From the NCBI GenBank assembly GCA_963836355.1, contig CAWIJO010000014.1, positions 169,230 to 233,229 of the forward strand: DNA of 64,000 bases, read 5' to 3'. The notes under the pieces are model-generated. The model was not told the DNA's origin. It did no database searches and saw nothing but the letters and a program-made list of their open reading frames with translations. A program made the position numbers and the translations under genes. Shown one piece after another: positions 9,390 through 17,340 of this stretch; within the stretch, counting starts at the first letter, position 1; each line of letters opens with the position of its first letter. The DNA comes from an uncultured Actinomycetes bacterium. GTDB lineage: Bacteria > Actinomycetota > Actinomycetes > Streptosporangiales > Streptosporangiaceae.

Positions 9390-9452
9390 GACACATCGGA
9401 CAGTTTGTAGGACACAACTGTCTATGCATTGCGGGCAGCAGACTCATGTGTC
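9390..9452. promoter_or_regulatory. nested inverted repeats in the divergent hhyS / regulator intergenic region (candidate operator)
   Basis: Outer arms GACACAT (9390-9396) / ATGTGTC (9446-9452). Inner arms GACAGTT (9399-9405) / AACTGTC (9416-9422). GGACA(C/G) recurs three times. The local sequence is AT-richer than its surroundings. Confidence 0.4.
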
Positions 9453-9586
9453 CGTGCCGGTATGGCCTGCTATGCCCGGACGGCCGGTGACTTGCTCGCC
9501 GATGAGGGTTCCTGTTTCATCTTGTTGCACGTACCCTGACTTGTGCCCAGTCATGCTGTGCTGGGATTTGTCTAAGGGAGAGACCG

Positions 9587-10352
9587 GTGGCTGAACCCCT
9601 GAGCGGTCCCGGGGGGGACTCGATCGAGGTTGTCCCGGTCGTCGTGCTTTCGCAGATTTTTCCGGCGCGGCCGTCGTCCATCCCGGATATCAGGGACTTC
9701 GTCCGCCGCTGCCTGGCCGAGTCGCCGCTGACTGAGGAAGGCATCCGCGAGGTCGGCGAGACTGTCTTCCGCGCGCTGCTGGACGCGGCCGGGCCAACCG
9801 GGTGTATCCAGGTGGCCTTCCGCATCTTCCCCGAGCACGTCGAGGTTGACGTGCTGCACTCGGAGACGCCGATTGCCGCCCCGTTCCAGCAGGTACCCAC
9901 TGGCGCGAGCGCGCCGGGTGCCATGCCAGGCCGGCCCGCCCACCCGGCGGCCGGATCGGGCGAGGCAGGCGCTGGTCAGCCCGCGATCCGGGGAGCAGCC
10001 CCGGTCGCATCCGGCCCGGCCGCATCCGGCCCGGCCGCATGCCGGCCCGGCCGACTCTGGCCCGGCCGACTCTGGCCCGGCCTGGCCCGGGCAGCCCGAC
10101 GCGGCGCAGTCGGCCGCCGCTGGCTCCGTGCCGCCCGAAGCCATCCCGCTCGGCCTGCCGGGACATCCGGCCACCTTCGCAGAGTGGATGTCGAGCGCGC
10201 TGCGCCGCGAGGGACTAACCCAGGAGGCGGCGGCCCGCCAGCTCGGCGTGTCGGTGAAAACCGTCAGCCGCTGGGTGGGCGGCGCCACCGAGCCGCGGAT
10301 GCGTGACCTGCGGCGGATCCAGGAAGTGTTCGGCGAGGTGCCGCTGCCCTAG
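9587..10352 (+). pseudogene. two-domain regulator (degenerate HATPase/anti-sigma-like N-domain, repeat linker, XRE-type HTH C-domain), frameshifted inside a tandem repeat
   Basis: GTG 9587 after AGGGAGAG. N-part: ...IPDIRDFVRRCLAESPLTEEGIREVGETVFRALLDAAGPTGCIQVAFRIFPEHVEVDVLH. C-part, in another frame: ...FAEWMSSALRREGLTQEAAARQLGVSVKTVSRWVGGATEPRMRDLRRIQEVF. The frames join if the 16-nt third repeat unit (extra g at 10041) is read as 15 nt. Confidence 0.55.
10007..10082 (+). repeat. tandem 15-nt repeat array (5 units, third unit 16 nt)
   Basis: gcatccggcccggcc x2, gcatGccggcccggcc, gactctggcccggcc x2. Read directly from the sequence. Confidence 0.9.
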
Positions 10353-10472
10353 CCGGATGTCCGCGCTAGCCGGAGGTCCGCCGTGTCACCCGTATCGCCC
10401 GGATGGGTAAATAGCCAAACCTGTCTGCCCAGACCACTGGACGCCCCCCCACATGTGTCCTACGGTGCTGCC

Positions 10473-11039
10473 ATGGCGGTTCAAGCAGGGCGCCACCAAT
10501 TCAGTACGGACCGTGACCGGATTGTGCTACGCACATCCCGTGACGGAATGGCTGCCCAGGCTGGTCACGACCTGACCATTGAGGTCACCCGGTGGTCCGG
10601 CGAGCTGACCTTCAGTGACGACCATTCCCCCACCGGCCTGGAGGTACGCGTCGACATGGGCGCCCTGGCCGTGCGCGAAGGGACCGGCGGCCTAAAGCCG
10701 CTTACCGACCGGGATCGGCGGGAAATCGGCGCGACGGCGCGCAAGCTGCTCGCCTCCGACCTCAATCCGGAGGCGATCTTCACCGGCACGAAGTTCGAGC
10801 CGGATACCGACGGCGGCGGCGTGGTCAGCGGGACGTTCACGCTGCGCGGCGTCGAGCGCCCGCTCCGGCTGACTGTCAGCCCGGCCGGCCAGGACCGCTA
10901 CCGGATTAGCGGCTCAGTGCTGCAGTCCGCGTACGGGATTAAGCCGTATTCCGCGTTCCTCGGGGCACTGAAAGTACGCGACCAGGTCGATATCGAGGCT
11001 GACATCGACCTGTCGGAGGCTGCGGAGGGTTCCGGATGA
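10473..11039 (+). CDS. YceI-like domain protein
   Basis: Start taken at MAVQAGRH (10473). 'LTFSDDHSPTGLEVRVDMGAL...GTFTLRGVERPLRLTVS...SAYGIKPYSAFLGALKVRDQVDIEADIDL' fits the YceI lipid/polyisoprenoid-binding beta-barrel pattern. The stop overlaps the next start (ATGA). Confidence 0.7.
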   Translation: MAVQAGRHQFSTDRDRIVLRTSRDGMAAQAGHDLTIEVTRWSGELTFSDDHSPTGLEVRVDMGALAVREGTGGLKPLTDRDRREIGATARKLLASDLNPEAIFTGTKFEPDTDGGGVVSGTFTLRGVERPLRLTVSPAGQDRYRISGSVLQSAYGIKPYSAFLGALKVRDQVDIEADIDLSEAAEGSG

Positions 11040-11734
11040 CGTCCGCGGGCGACCTGACCCCAGGTGCCCGGGCGGCGGAGCCGGCCCGGCCGGGCCCGGC
11101 ACCGGCGGCAGCTCCAGCAGCGCCGCCGGACGGCGCGGCCGACGTGGCCGGCCTGTTCGAGCGCCGGGCCGCCCCGATGCGCGCCCTCGCTGACCAGGCC
11201 GCCGCAGTAGCAGCCGCATGCCACGACATGGCGATCCGCTTCCACCACGGCGGCAAGCTGGTGGTTTTCGGCACCGGCGGGTCGAGCACCGATGCGCAGC
11301 ATGTAGCCGTGGAATTCGTGCATCCGGTGATTGTGGGCAAGCGCGCACTGCCCGCGATCTCGCTGACGTCCGATGTCGCCACCGTGACCGGGGTCGCGGC
11401 ACGGGAAGGCATGGCCGGCATTTTCGCGCACCAGCTCCGTTACCTGGCCGAGCCTGCTGACATTGCCCTTGGCATCTCCGCCGACGGGAACTGCGCCGGG
11501 GTCCTCGCCGGGCTGCTCGCCGCGCGGGATCTCGGGATGCTGACGATCGGGCTGGTCGGCGGCGAGGGCGGCGCGATCAGGGCGAGCCCCGGCGTGGATC
11601 ACGTGCTGCTGGCCAGGTCGGATGACCCCAGGATCGTCAAGGAAATGCACGTGACGGCGTATCACGTGCTCTGGGAGCTCGTGCATGTCTTCTTCGAGCA
11701 GCCCGGCATCCTGGCCCCGGGGGTGGTCGCATGA
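11036..11734 (+). CDS. SIS-domain protein (GmhA/phosphoheptose-isomerase-like), copy 1
   Basis: 'GGKLVVFGTGGSSTDAQHVAVEF...ADIALGISADGNCAGVL...GMLTIGLVGGEGG...KEMHVTAYHVLWELV'. ATGA overlaps at both ends. Confidence 0.8.
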   Translation: MTSAGDLTPGARAAEPARPGPAPAAAPAAPPDGAADVAGLFERRAAPMRALADQAAAVAAACHDMAIRFHHGGKLVVFGTGGSSTDAQHVAVEFVHPVIVGKRALPAISLTSDVATVTGVAAREGMAGIFAHQLRYLAEPADIALGISADGNCAGVLAGLLAARDLGMLTIGLVGGEGGAIRASPGVDHVLLARSDDPRIVKEMHVTAYHVLWELVHVFFEQPGILAPGVVA

Positions 11735-11982
11735 CCGCCAGGGGAACCGGTCCCGGCCGCCCGCCGGCCGTCCCGGAGTGCCACGACGACGTGTGCATTA
11801 CCTGTTCGGACACGGCCGTGGCGGTAACCGTCCGTCAGCTGCTCGCGGATGGCCTGGCCATCGTGGACACCGGCGCGGGCCCGGAGGAGGTCAGCGTCGC
11901 GCTGGTGACGGCTGCCGTCGGCGACACGATCCTGGTGCACGCCGGCGAGGCCATCGCGGTAGTCGGGGGCGAGCCGGCATGA
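11731..11982 (+). CDS. HypC/HupF-family hydrogenase assembly chaperone-like protein
   Basis: 83 aa. 'CITCSDTAVAVTVRQLLADGLAIVDTGAGPEEVSVALV...GDTILVHAGEAIAVV' resembles the HupF/HypC beta-barrel, with an N-terminal extension instead of an MC start. Confidence 0.65.
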   Translation: MTARGTGPGRPPAVPECHDDVCITCSDTAVAVTVRQLLADGLAIVDTGAGPEEVSVALVTAAVGDTILVHAGEAIAVVGGEPA

Positions 11983-12665
11983 CGCGGCAGGGAGGCGAGG
12001 CAGCCCAGGGGACGGTCGAGTCGCTCTACCCGTTCCTCTATGCGAGCACCAGTGACCTGCCCGCCGTGCTGGAGGAGGTGCGCAGGTCGACGGTCGCGAA
12101 GACGGCCGAGATCATGGAGCTGCGCCGCCTGATCAGCGAGCGTGACGGCGCCCGGCTTGCCGCCTGCGCGCAGGAGTCGGCGCGCAGGATCGCGGCCGGC
12201 GGGCGGTTGTTCACCTTCGGCAACGGCGGCAGTGCCACCGACGCCCAGCAGGTGGCCACGCTTTACCTGTATCCGGGTGGCGACGCCACCCCGGTGGCCG
12301 CGTACAACCTGGCTAGCGATACCGCCATCCTCACCGCGCTGAGCAACGACGTCGGGGTCGACGTAGTCTTCTCCCGGCAGATCGCGGCCTTCGGCCGCCG
12401 GGACGACATCGCGGTCGGCCTGTCGACTAGCGGCAACTCGGCGAACCTGCTGCGCGCCTTCGACGAGGCGAGCAGGCGGGGGATGGCGACCATCGGCTTC
12501 TCCGGCTACGACGGCGGGAAGATGGCCGAGCTGGACAGCATTGACTACCTGTTCGTCGCGCCGTCGTCTTCCGTGCACCGGATCCAGGAAGCGCAGACCA
12601 CCGTCTACAACGTCCTGTGGGAACTCACGGTCGCCGCGCTAGACCGGCAGCAGGTGCGCAGATGA
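11979..12665 (+). CDS. SIS-domain protein (GmhA-like), copy 2
   Basis: ATG 11979 overlaps the upstream stop (ATGA). 'GGRLFTFGNGGSATDAQQVATLY...DIAVGLSTSGNSANLLRAFDEASRRGMATIGFSGYDGGKM...IQEAQTTVYNVLWEL'. Confidence 0.8.
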   Translation: MTRQGGEAAQGTVESLYPFLYASTSDLPAVLEEVRRSTVAKTAEIMELRRLISERDGARLAACAQESARRIAAGGRLFTFGNGGSATDAQQVATLYLYPGGDATPVAAYNLASDTAILTALSNDVGVDVVFSRQIAAFGRRDDIAVGLSTSGNSANLLRAFDEASRRGMATIGFSGYDGGKMAELDSIDYLFVAPSSSVHRIQEAQTTVYNVLWELTVAALDRQQVRR

Positions 12666-13267
12666 CGAGCCGCATGCTGGTCGCCGGGGTCGGCAATATC
12701 TTCCTGGGCGATGACGGATTCGGGGTCGAAGTCGCGCGCCGGCTGGCTACTGAGGATCTGCCCGAGTGGGTCCGGGTGGCGGATTACGGGATCAGCGGCA
12801 TGCACCTCGCCTACGACCTGGCCAACGGGTACGAGACAACGATCCTGATCGATGCCACCGCACGCGGTGACGATCCTGGCACGGTCTACGTGATCGAGCT
12901 TGACCACAGCCAGCAGCCCGGCGGGGCGGCCAGCTCGCCGGCCCGCCGCAGCCAGCTCTTTGATGCCCACGGCATGCAGCCCGATGTGGTGTTCGGCGTG
13001 CTCGATATGCTCGGCGCCGATGCGGGCAAGGTGCTGCTCGTCGGCTGCGAGCCGGCCAGCGTCGACTACGGGATCGGGCTCAGCCCGCCGGTGACGGCAG
13101 CGGTCGGCGAGGCGGTGCGGGTCGTCAAGGGCCTGATCGGGGCGGCCGGGGCAGGGCCGGCCGGGGCAGGGCCAGGCCGGCCTCCGGCCAGCAGTAGCAG
13201 CCAGCACAGCGACAGCGCTGGCCAGCACGGCGCTGGCCAGCGGCCGGTCAGCGACGGTTCACGATGA
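12662..13267 (+). CDS. hydrogenase maturation endopeptidase (HupD/HyaD family)
   Basis: ATG 12662 overlaps the upstream stop. 'MLVAGVGNIFLGDDGFGVEVARRL...VRVADYGISGMHLAYDL...ILIDA' is the classic protease N-terminus. The C-terminus is a low-complexity Gly/Ala/Pro tail with a 15-nt duplication. Confidence 0.85.
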   Translation: MTSRMLVAGVGNIFLGDDGFGVEVARRLATEDLPEWVRVADYGISGMHLAYDLANGYETTILIDATARGDDPGTVYVIELDHSQQPGGAASSPARRSQLFDAHGMQPDVVFGVLDMLGADAGKVLLVGCEPASVDYGIGLSPPVTAAVGEAVRVVKGLIGAAGAGPAGAGPGRPPASSSSQHSDSAGQHGAGQRPVSDGSR

Positions 13268-13286
13268 GCCACGGGAGGGTGGACAC

Positions 13287-13559
13287 ATGTGCCTAGGCAT
13301 ACCCGGCGAGGTGATCGAGTTCGTCGCCGATCAGCCCGACCTGGCCAAGGTCGACGTGAGCGGGGTGCGGCGCATGATCAACATCGGCCTGCTCGCCGAC
13401 GATCCGCCCAAGCCCGGTGAGTGGGTGCTCATCCACGTCGGCTTCGCGCTCTCGAAGATCGACGAGGACGAAGCCGCCGCCGCCCTGGAGTTCCTGGAGG
13501 GAATCGGGCAGGCCTACGAGGACGAGCTGGCCGCGCTGCAGGAATCGATGATCGAGTAG
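13287..13559 (+). CDS. hypC: hydrogenase assembly chaperone HypC
   Basis: 90 aa starting MCLGIPGEVIEF. GGGAGGG SD upstream. Confidence 0.92.
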   Translation: MCLGIPGEVIEFVADQPDLAKVDVSGVRRMINIGLLADDPPKPGEWVLIHVGFALSKIDEDEAAAALEFLEGIGQAYEDELAALQESMIE

Positions 13560-13569
13560 GAGGGCAGAC

Positions 13570-14697
13570 ATGAAGTTTGTCGATGAGTTCCGCAACGCCG
13601 ACCAGGCCCATGCGCTGTCCGCGAAGATCGCCGCGCTGTGCGAGCCGGGCCGCCACTACAAGTTCATGGAGGTGTGCGGCGGGCACACCCACACGATCTA
13701 CAAGCACGGGCTGGAGGACTACCTGCCCGAGTCGGTCGAACTGGTGCACGGCCCGGGCTGCCCGGTCTGTGTCATCCCGATGGGCCGGGTCGACGACGCC
13801 ATGCACCTGGCCGCGGATCCCGGCGTGATCATGACGTCGTTCGGCGACATGATGCGGGTACCGGGCAGCAAGGGCTCGTTCTTCGACGCCAAGGCCCAGG
13901 GCACCGACATCAGGATGGTCTACTCGCCCCTCGACTCGCTGAAGATCGCCCGGCAGAACCCGGGCAAGCGGGTGGTGTTCATGGCGATCGGCTTCGAGAC
14001 CACTGCCCCGTCTACCGCGATGACGGTGCTGCGCGCCGCCGCGGAGGGACTGGAGAATTTCTCCGTCTTCTGCAACCACGTCACGATCGTCCCGGCCATC
14101 AAGGCGATCCTGGACTCCCCCGACCTGCGGCTCGACGGCTTCCTCGGCCCAGGTCACGTCTCCACTGTGATCGGCTGCCGGCCGTACGAGTTCATCGCAC
14201 GGGACTACGGCAAGCCGGTGGTAGTGGCGGGCTTCGAGCCGCTGGACATCCTGCAGTCCATCTACTTGCTGATGCTGCAGCTAGCCGAGGGTCGGGCAGC
14301 GGTGGAGAACCAGTACACCCGGGTGGTCCCGTGGGACGGCAATGTGGTGGCACTCAAGGCGATCGGGCAGACCATGGAGTTGCGCCCGTACTTCGAGTGG
14401 CGCGGCCTCGGCTTCATCTCGCATTCCGCGCTGCGGATGCGGGCCGAGTACGCCCGGTTCGACGCCGAGCTGCTTTTCGACGTCCCCGGCGTGCGGGTGG
14501 CTGATCCCAAGGCGTGCCAGTGCGGCGAGGTGCTGAAGGGCGTGCTCAAGCCGTGGGAATGCAAGGTGTTCGGCACCGCCTGCACGCCGGAGACGCCGAT
14601 CGGCACCTGCATGGTGTCACCGGAAGGCGCCTGCGCCGCCTACTACAACTTCGGGCGGCTGAACCGCCAGCGGGTGAAGGAAGTGAGCAGGTCATGA
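13570..14697 (+). CDS. hypD: hydrogenase maturation protein HypD
   Basis: 375 aa. 'MKFVDEFRN', 'MEVCGGHTH', 'GPGCPVCV', C-terminal Cys cluster. Confidence 0.95.
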   Translation: MKFVDEFRNADQAHALSAKIAALCEPGRHYKFMEVCGGHTHTIYKHGLEDYLPESVELVHGPGCPVCVIPMGRVDDAMHLAADPGVIMTSFGDMMRVPGSKGSFFDAKAQGTDIRMVYSPLDSLKIARQNPGKRVVFMAIGFETTAPSTAMTVLRAAAEGLENFSVFCNHVTIVPAIKAILDSPDLRLDGFLGPGHVSTVIGCRPYEFIARDYGKPVVVAGFEPLDILQSIYLLMLQLAEGRAAVENQYTRVVPWDGNVVALKAIGQTMELRPYFEWRGLGFISHSALRMRAEYARFDAELLFDVPGVRVADPKACQCGEVLKGVLKPWECKVFGTACTPETPIGTCMVSPEGACAAYYNFGRLNRQRVKEVSRS

Positions 14698-15953
14698 CGG
14701 CCGGCCACATCGATCAGCAGGCGGCGGCCAGCGCCCGCGACGACGCTAGGGCCGGCCAAGACCATAGTGCCGGCTGGGTCGCCGATGCCCTGCGCGAGCA
14801 TGACGCGCTGGCCGCGCAGGCGGAGGCATTGCCCAACCCGCACGACGGGCGCACGAAAGGCTCGCCGCAGCCGCCAGCCGGGACCGTTCGCGAGGAGCAG
14901 GTGCTGGAGCGCATCGACCGCGCCCGCCGCAGCCGCCCGCGGGTCAAGGAACAGCGGATCACCATGTCGCACGGGGCCGGCGGGAAGGCGACCAGAACCC
15001 TGGTCGAGGCGATCTTCCTGGATGCCTTCAGGAACCCGCTGCTTGAGCCGCTCGAGGACGCGGCTCAGCTGCATTTCAACGGCTCGCGGGTGGCGCTCAC
15101 CACTGACTCTTACGTCGTCTCGCCGCTTTTCTTTCCCGGCGGGAACATCGGCGACCTGGCCGTCAACGGGACGGTAAACGATCTTTCTGTGGCTGGCGCC
15201 GTGCCGCTCTACCTCTCCGCCGGCTTCATCCTCGAAGAGGGCTTCGAAGTCGATGACCTGCGCCGGATCGTCACCGCCATGCACGACGCGGCCGCCGTGG
15301 CCGGCGTCCAGGTGGTCACCGGTGATACCAAGGTGGTGGAGAAGGGCAAGGCCGACGGCTGCTACATCAACACCGCCGGGATCGGCGTCATCGAGCACAG
15401 CCGGAACCTGGGCGTGGCCCAGGCCAGGCCCGGTGACGCGGTGATCGTGTCCGGGCCGATCGGCGACCACGGCATCACGATCATGCTGGCCCGCGGCGAG
15501 CTCGACATCGAGGCCGACCTGATATCGGACACGGCGCCGCTGAACGGGCTTGTCGCCGGCCTGCTCGCCGCCACGCCGGGTGTCCGCGCAATGCGGGACG
15601 CCACCCGCGGCGGCGTGGCCACCATCTTGAACGAGATCGCCACCGATGCCGGGGTGTGCGTAGTAGTCAGCGAGAACGACATCCCGGTCCGCCCGGAGGT
15701 GCGCGGCGCCTCCGAGCTGCTCGGCATCGACCCCATGTATGTGGCCTGCGAAGGCCGCCTCGTCGCCGTGGTGGACGGCGCCGAGGCCGACAGCGCGCTC
15801 GCCGCGATGCGCACGCATCCGCTGGGCGCCAAGGCCGCGGTCATCGGGCACATCGCCGATGACCCGGCCGGCATCGTCCTGCTCAAGACCGCCTTCGGTG
15901 GGACCCGCATCGTCGACCTGCTGGTCGGCGACCCGCTGCCGCGCATCTGCTGA
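14694..15953 (+). CDS. hypE: hydrogenase maturation protein HypE with ~75-aa N-terminal extension
   Basis: ATG 14694 overlaps the hypD stop (ATGA). Core starts at 'ITMSHGAGGKATRTLVE' and the C-terminus is '...LVGDPLPRIC' (HypE signature PRIC). Confidence 0.9.
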   Translation: MTAGHIDQQAAASARDDARAGQDHSAGWVADALREHDALAAQAEALPNPHDGRTKGSPQPPAGTVREEQVLERIDRARRSRPRVKEQRITMSHGAGGKATRTLVEAIFLDAFRNPLLEPLEDAAQLHFNGSRVALTTDSYVVSPLFFPGGNIGDLAVNGTVNDLSVAGAVPLYLSAGFILEEGFEVDDLRRIVTAMHDAAAVAGVQVVTGDTKVVEKGKADGCYINTAGIGVIEHSRNLGVAQARPGDAVIVSGPIGDHGITIMLARGELDIEADLISDTAPLNGLVAGLLAATPGVRAMRDATRGGVATILNEIATDAGVCVVVSENDIPVRPEVRGASELLGIDPMYVACEGRLVAVVDGAEADSALAAMRTHPLGAKAAVIGHIADDPAGIVLLKTAFGGTRIVDLLVGDPLPRIC

Positions 15954-15971
15954 CCCAGGGAGAGCAGAATC

Positions 15972-16301
15972 GTGCATGAGCTAGCGATTACCGAGGGCGT
16001 CATAGACGCCGTCACCGGGCGCCTTCCCGGCGCCAGGATTACCTGCGTGCGGCTGGAAATCGGCGCGCTGTCCGGGGTGGTGGCCGACTCGGTCCGGTTC
16101 TGCTTCGACCTGGTCGCCGAGGGCACCGACCTGCAAGGGGCCCGGCTGGAGATCACCGAGCCGCCGGGCAGCTGCAAATGCCGGGTATGCGGCAGCGAGT
16201 TCGAGCCGGACGGACCGGTGATCCTGTGCCCGTGCGGCAGTGCCGACATCGCCGTGCTGACCGGACAGGATCTCAAGATCACATCGGTCATGGTGGCCTG
16301 A
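15972..16301 (+). CDS. hypA: hydrogenase nickel insertion protein HypA
   Basis: 109 aa. '(M)HELAITEGVI' start and a zinc site 'CKCRVCG...CPCG'. Confidence 0.92.
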   Translation: MHELAITEGVIDAVTGRLPGARITCVRLEIGALSGVVADSVRFCFDLVAEGTDLQGARLEITEPPGSCKCRVCGSEFEPDGPVILCPCGSADIAVLTGQDLKITSVMVA

Positions 16302-16302
16302 C

Positions 16303-17166
16303 ATGTGCGGGACATGCGGGTGCTCGGGCAGCGCGGTCATGCAGCTGCTCCCGGCCGGTCCCGGCCACCAGCACGCGAACGGCCCGGCGGCCGGGCACGT
16401 GCACCGGTCAGAACCCAGCCGTGAGCATGCTGACGAGCATGCCCACCGCCACGACCCCGGTCACGACGACGAGGGCCACATCCACCTGCAGGGCCCGGCG
16501 CCGGGCGGCCGCACGGTCATCCTGCAGCAGAAGGTGCTGGCCAAGAACGACGAGATCGCCCAGCGCAGCCGCGAGTGGCTGCGCAGCCGTGGCGTGCTCG
16601 CCGTCAACTTGATGAGCTCGCCTGGGGCTGGCAAGACAACATTGCTGGAACGCACTGCGCGGGAGCTGGCCGGGAAGCTCAGGCTCTCGGTCATCGAGGG
16701 CGATCAGGAAACCGCCCTGGACGGGCGGCGGATCCAGGCAGCGGGCGCTGCCGTCGTGCAGATCAACACCGGCGCCGGGTGCCACCTGGACGCCGCGATG
16801 GTGGCCGAGGGGCTTCGCGCGCTCGATCCGCCGAGTGGTTCCATCGTGGTGATCGAGAACGTCGGCAACCTGGTCTGCCCGGCCCTGTTCGACCTGGGCG
16901 AGGAATCGAAGGTCGTCATCTCCTCGGTCACCGAGGGAGCCGACAAGCCGGTTAAGTACCCGAACATGTTTCGCCAGGCTGACCTGGTGCTCGTCAACAA
17001 GGTCGACTTGCTGCCTTACGTGGACTTCGACACCAAGAGCCATGCGGCTGACCTGCGGAGAGTCAGCCCCACCGCGCTCATGATGCAGCTGTCGGCCACG
17101 ACCGGGCAGGGCATGCAGGGCTGGTACGACTGGCTGCGCCGCCGCACCCCCGCCCCCCACGACTAG
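16303..17166 (+). CDS. hypB: hydrogenase nickel-incorporation GTPase HypB (His-rich N-terminus)
   Basis: 'MCGTCGC' N-terminal metal site, His-rich stretch, P-loop 'SSPGAGKTTLLE', 'NVGNLVCPA', 'LVNKVDL'. Confidence 0.95.
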   Translation: MCGTCGCSGSAVMQLLPAGPGHQHANGPAAGHVHRSEPSREHADEHAHRHDPGHDDEGHIHLQGPAPGGRTVILQQKVLAKNDEIAQRSREWLRSRGVLAVNLMSSPGAGKTTLLERTARELAGKLRLSVIEGDQETALDGRRIQAAGAAVVQINTGAGCHLDAAMVAEGLRALDPPSGSIVVIENVGNLVCPALFDLGEESKVVISSVTEGADKPVKYPNMFRQADLVLVNKVDLLPYVDFDTKSHAADLRRVSPTALMMQLSATTGQGMQGWYDWLRRRTPAPHD

Positions 17167-17214
17167 CCCCGCCCCGCCCCGCCCCGCCCCGCCCCCGCCC
17201 CCGCCGGTCCGGTT
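17167..17214. repeat. (CCCCG)n tract, G-tracts on the minus strand
   Basis: About eight consecutive C4-5G units immediately after the hypB stop. On the hypF sense strand this reads (CGGGG)n. Confidence 0.9.
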
Positions 17215-17340
17215 CCCGGACCCGGGACCCCCGGGGTCACGAACGTGTTGAATGTGACGTTCAACCACACCTGACTGGCCCGATGTCACATCCATCACGT
17301 TGGGCCGACACGGGCCTAGCCGTGTCCGGCTAGGGCCCGG

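Noticed and set aside
6291-9410. 1039-aa plus-strand ORF over the hydrogenase structural genes
   Set aside because: It is antisense to hhyL/hhyS, which carry diagnostic motifs. The composition is typical of antisense high-GC reading.
17304-17330. GC-rich hairpins after hypF (17304-17330) and after glgX (37913-37935) as intrinsic terminators
   Set aside because: The stems are visible but neither is followed by a U-tract on the relevant strand. Terminator function cannot be supported from sequence alone.
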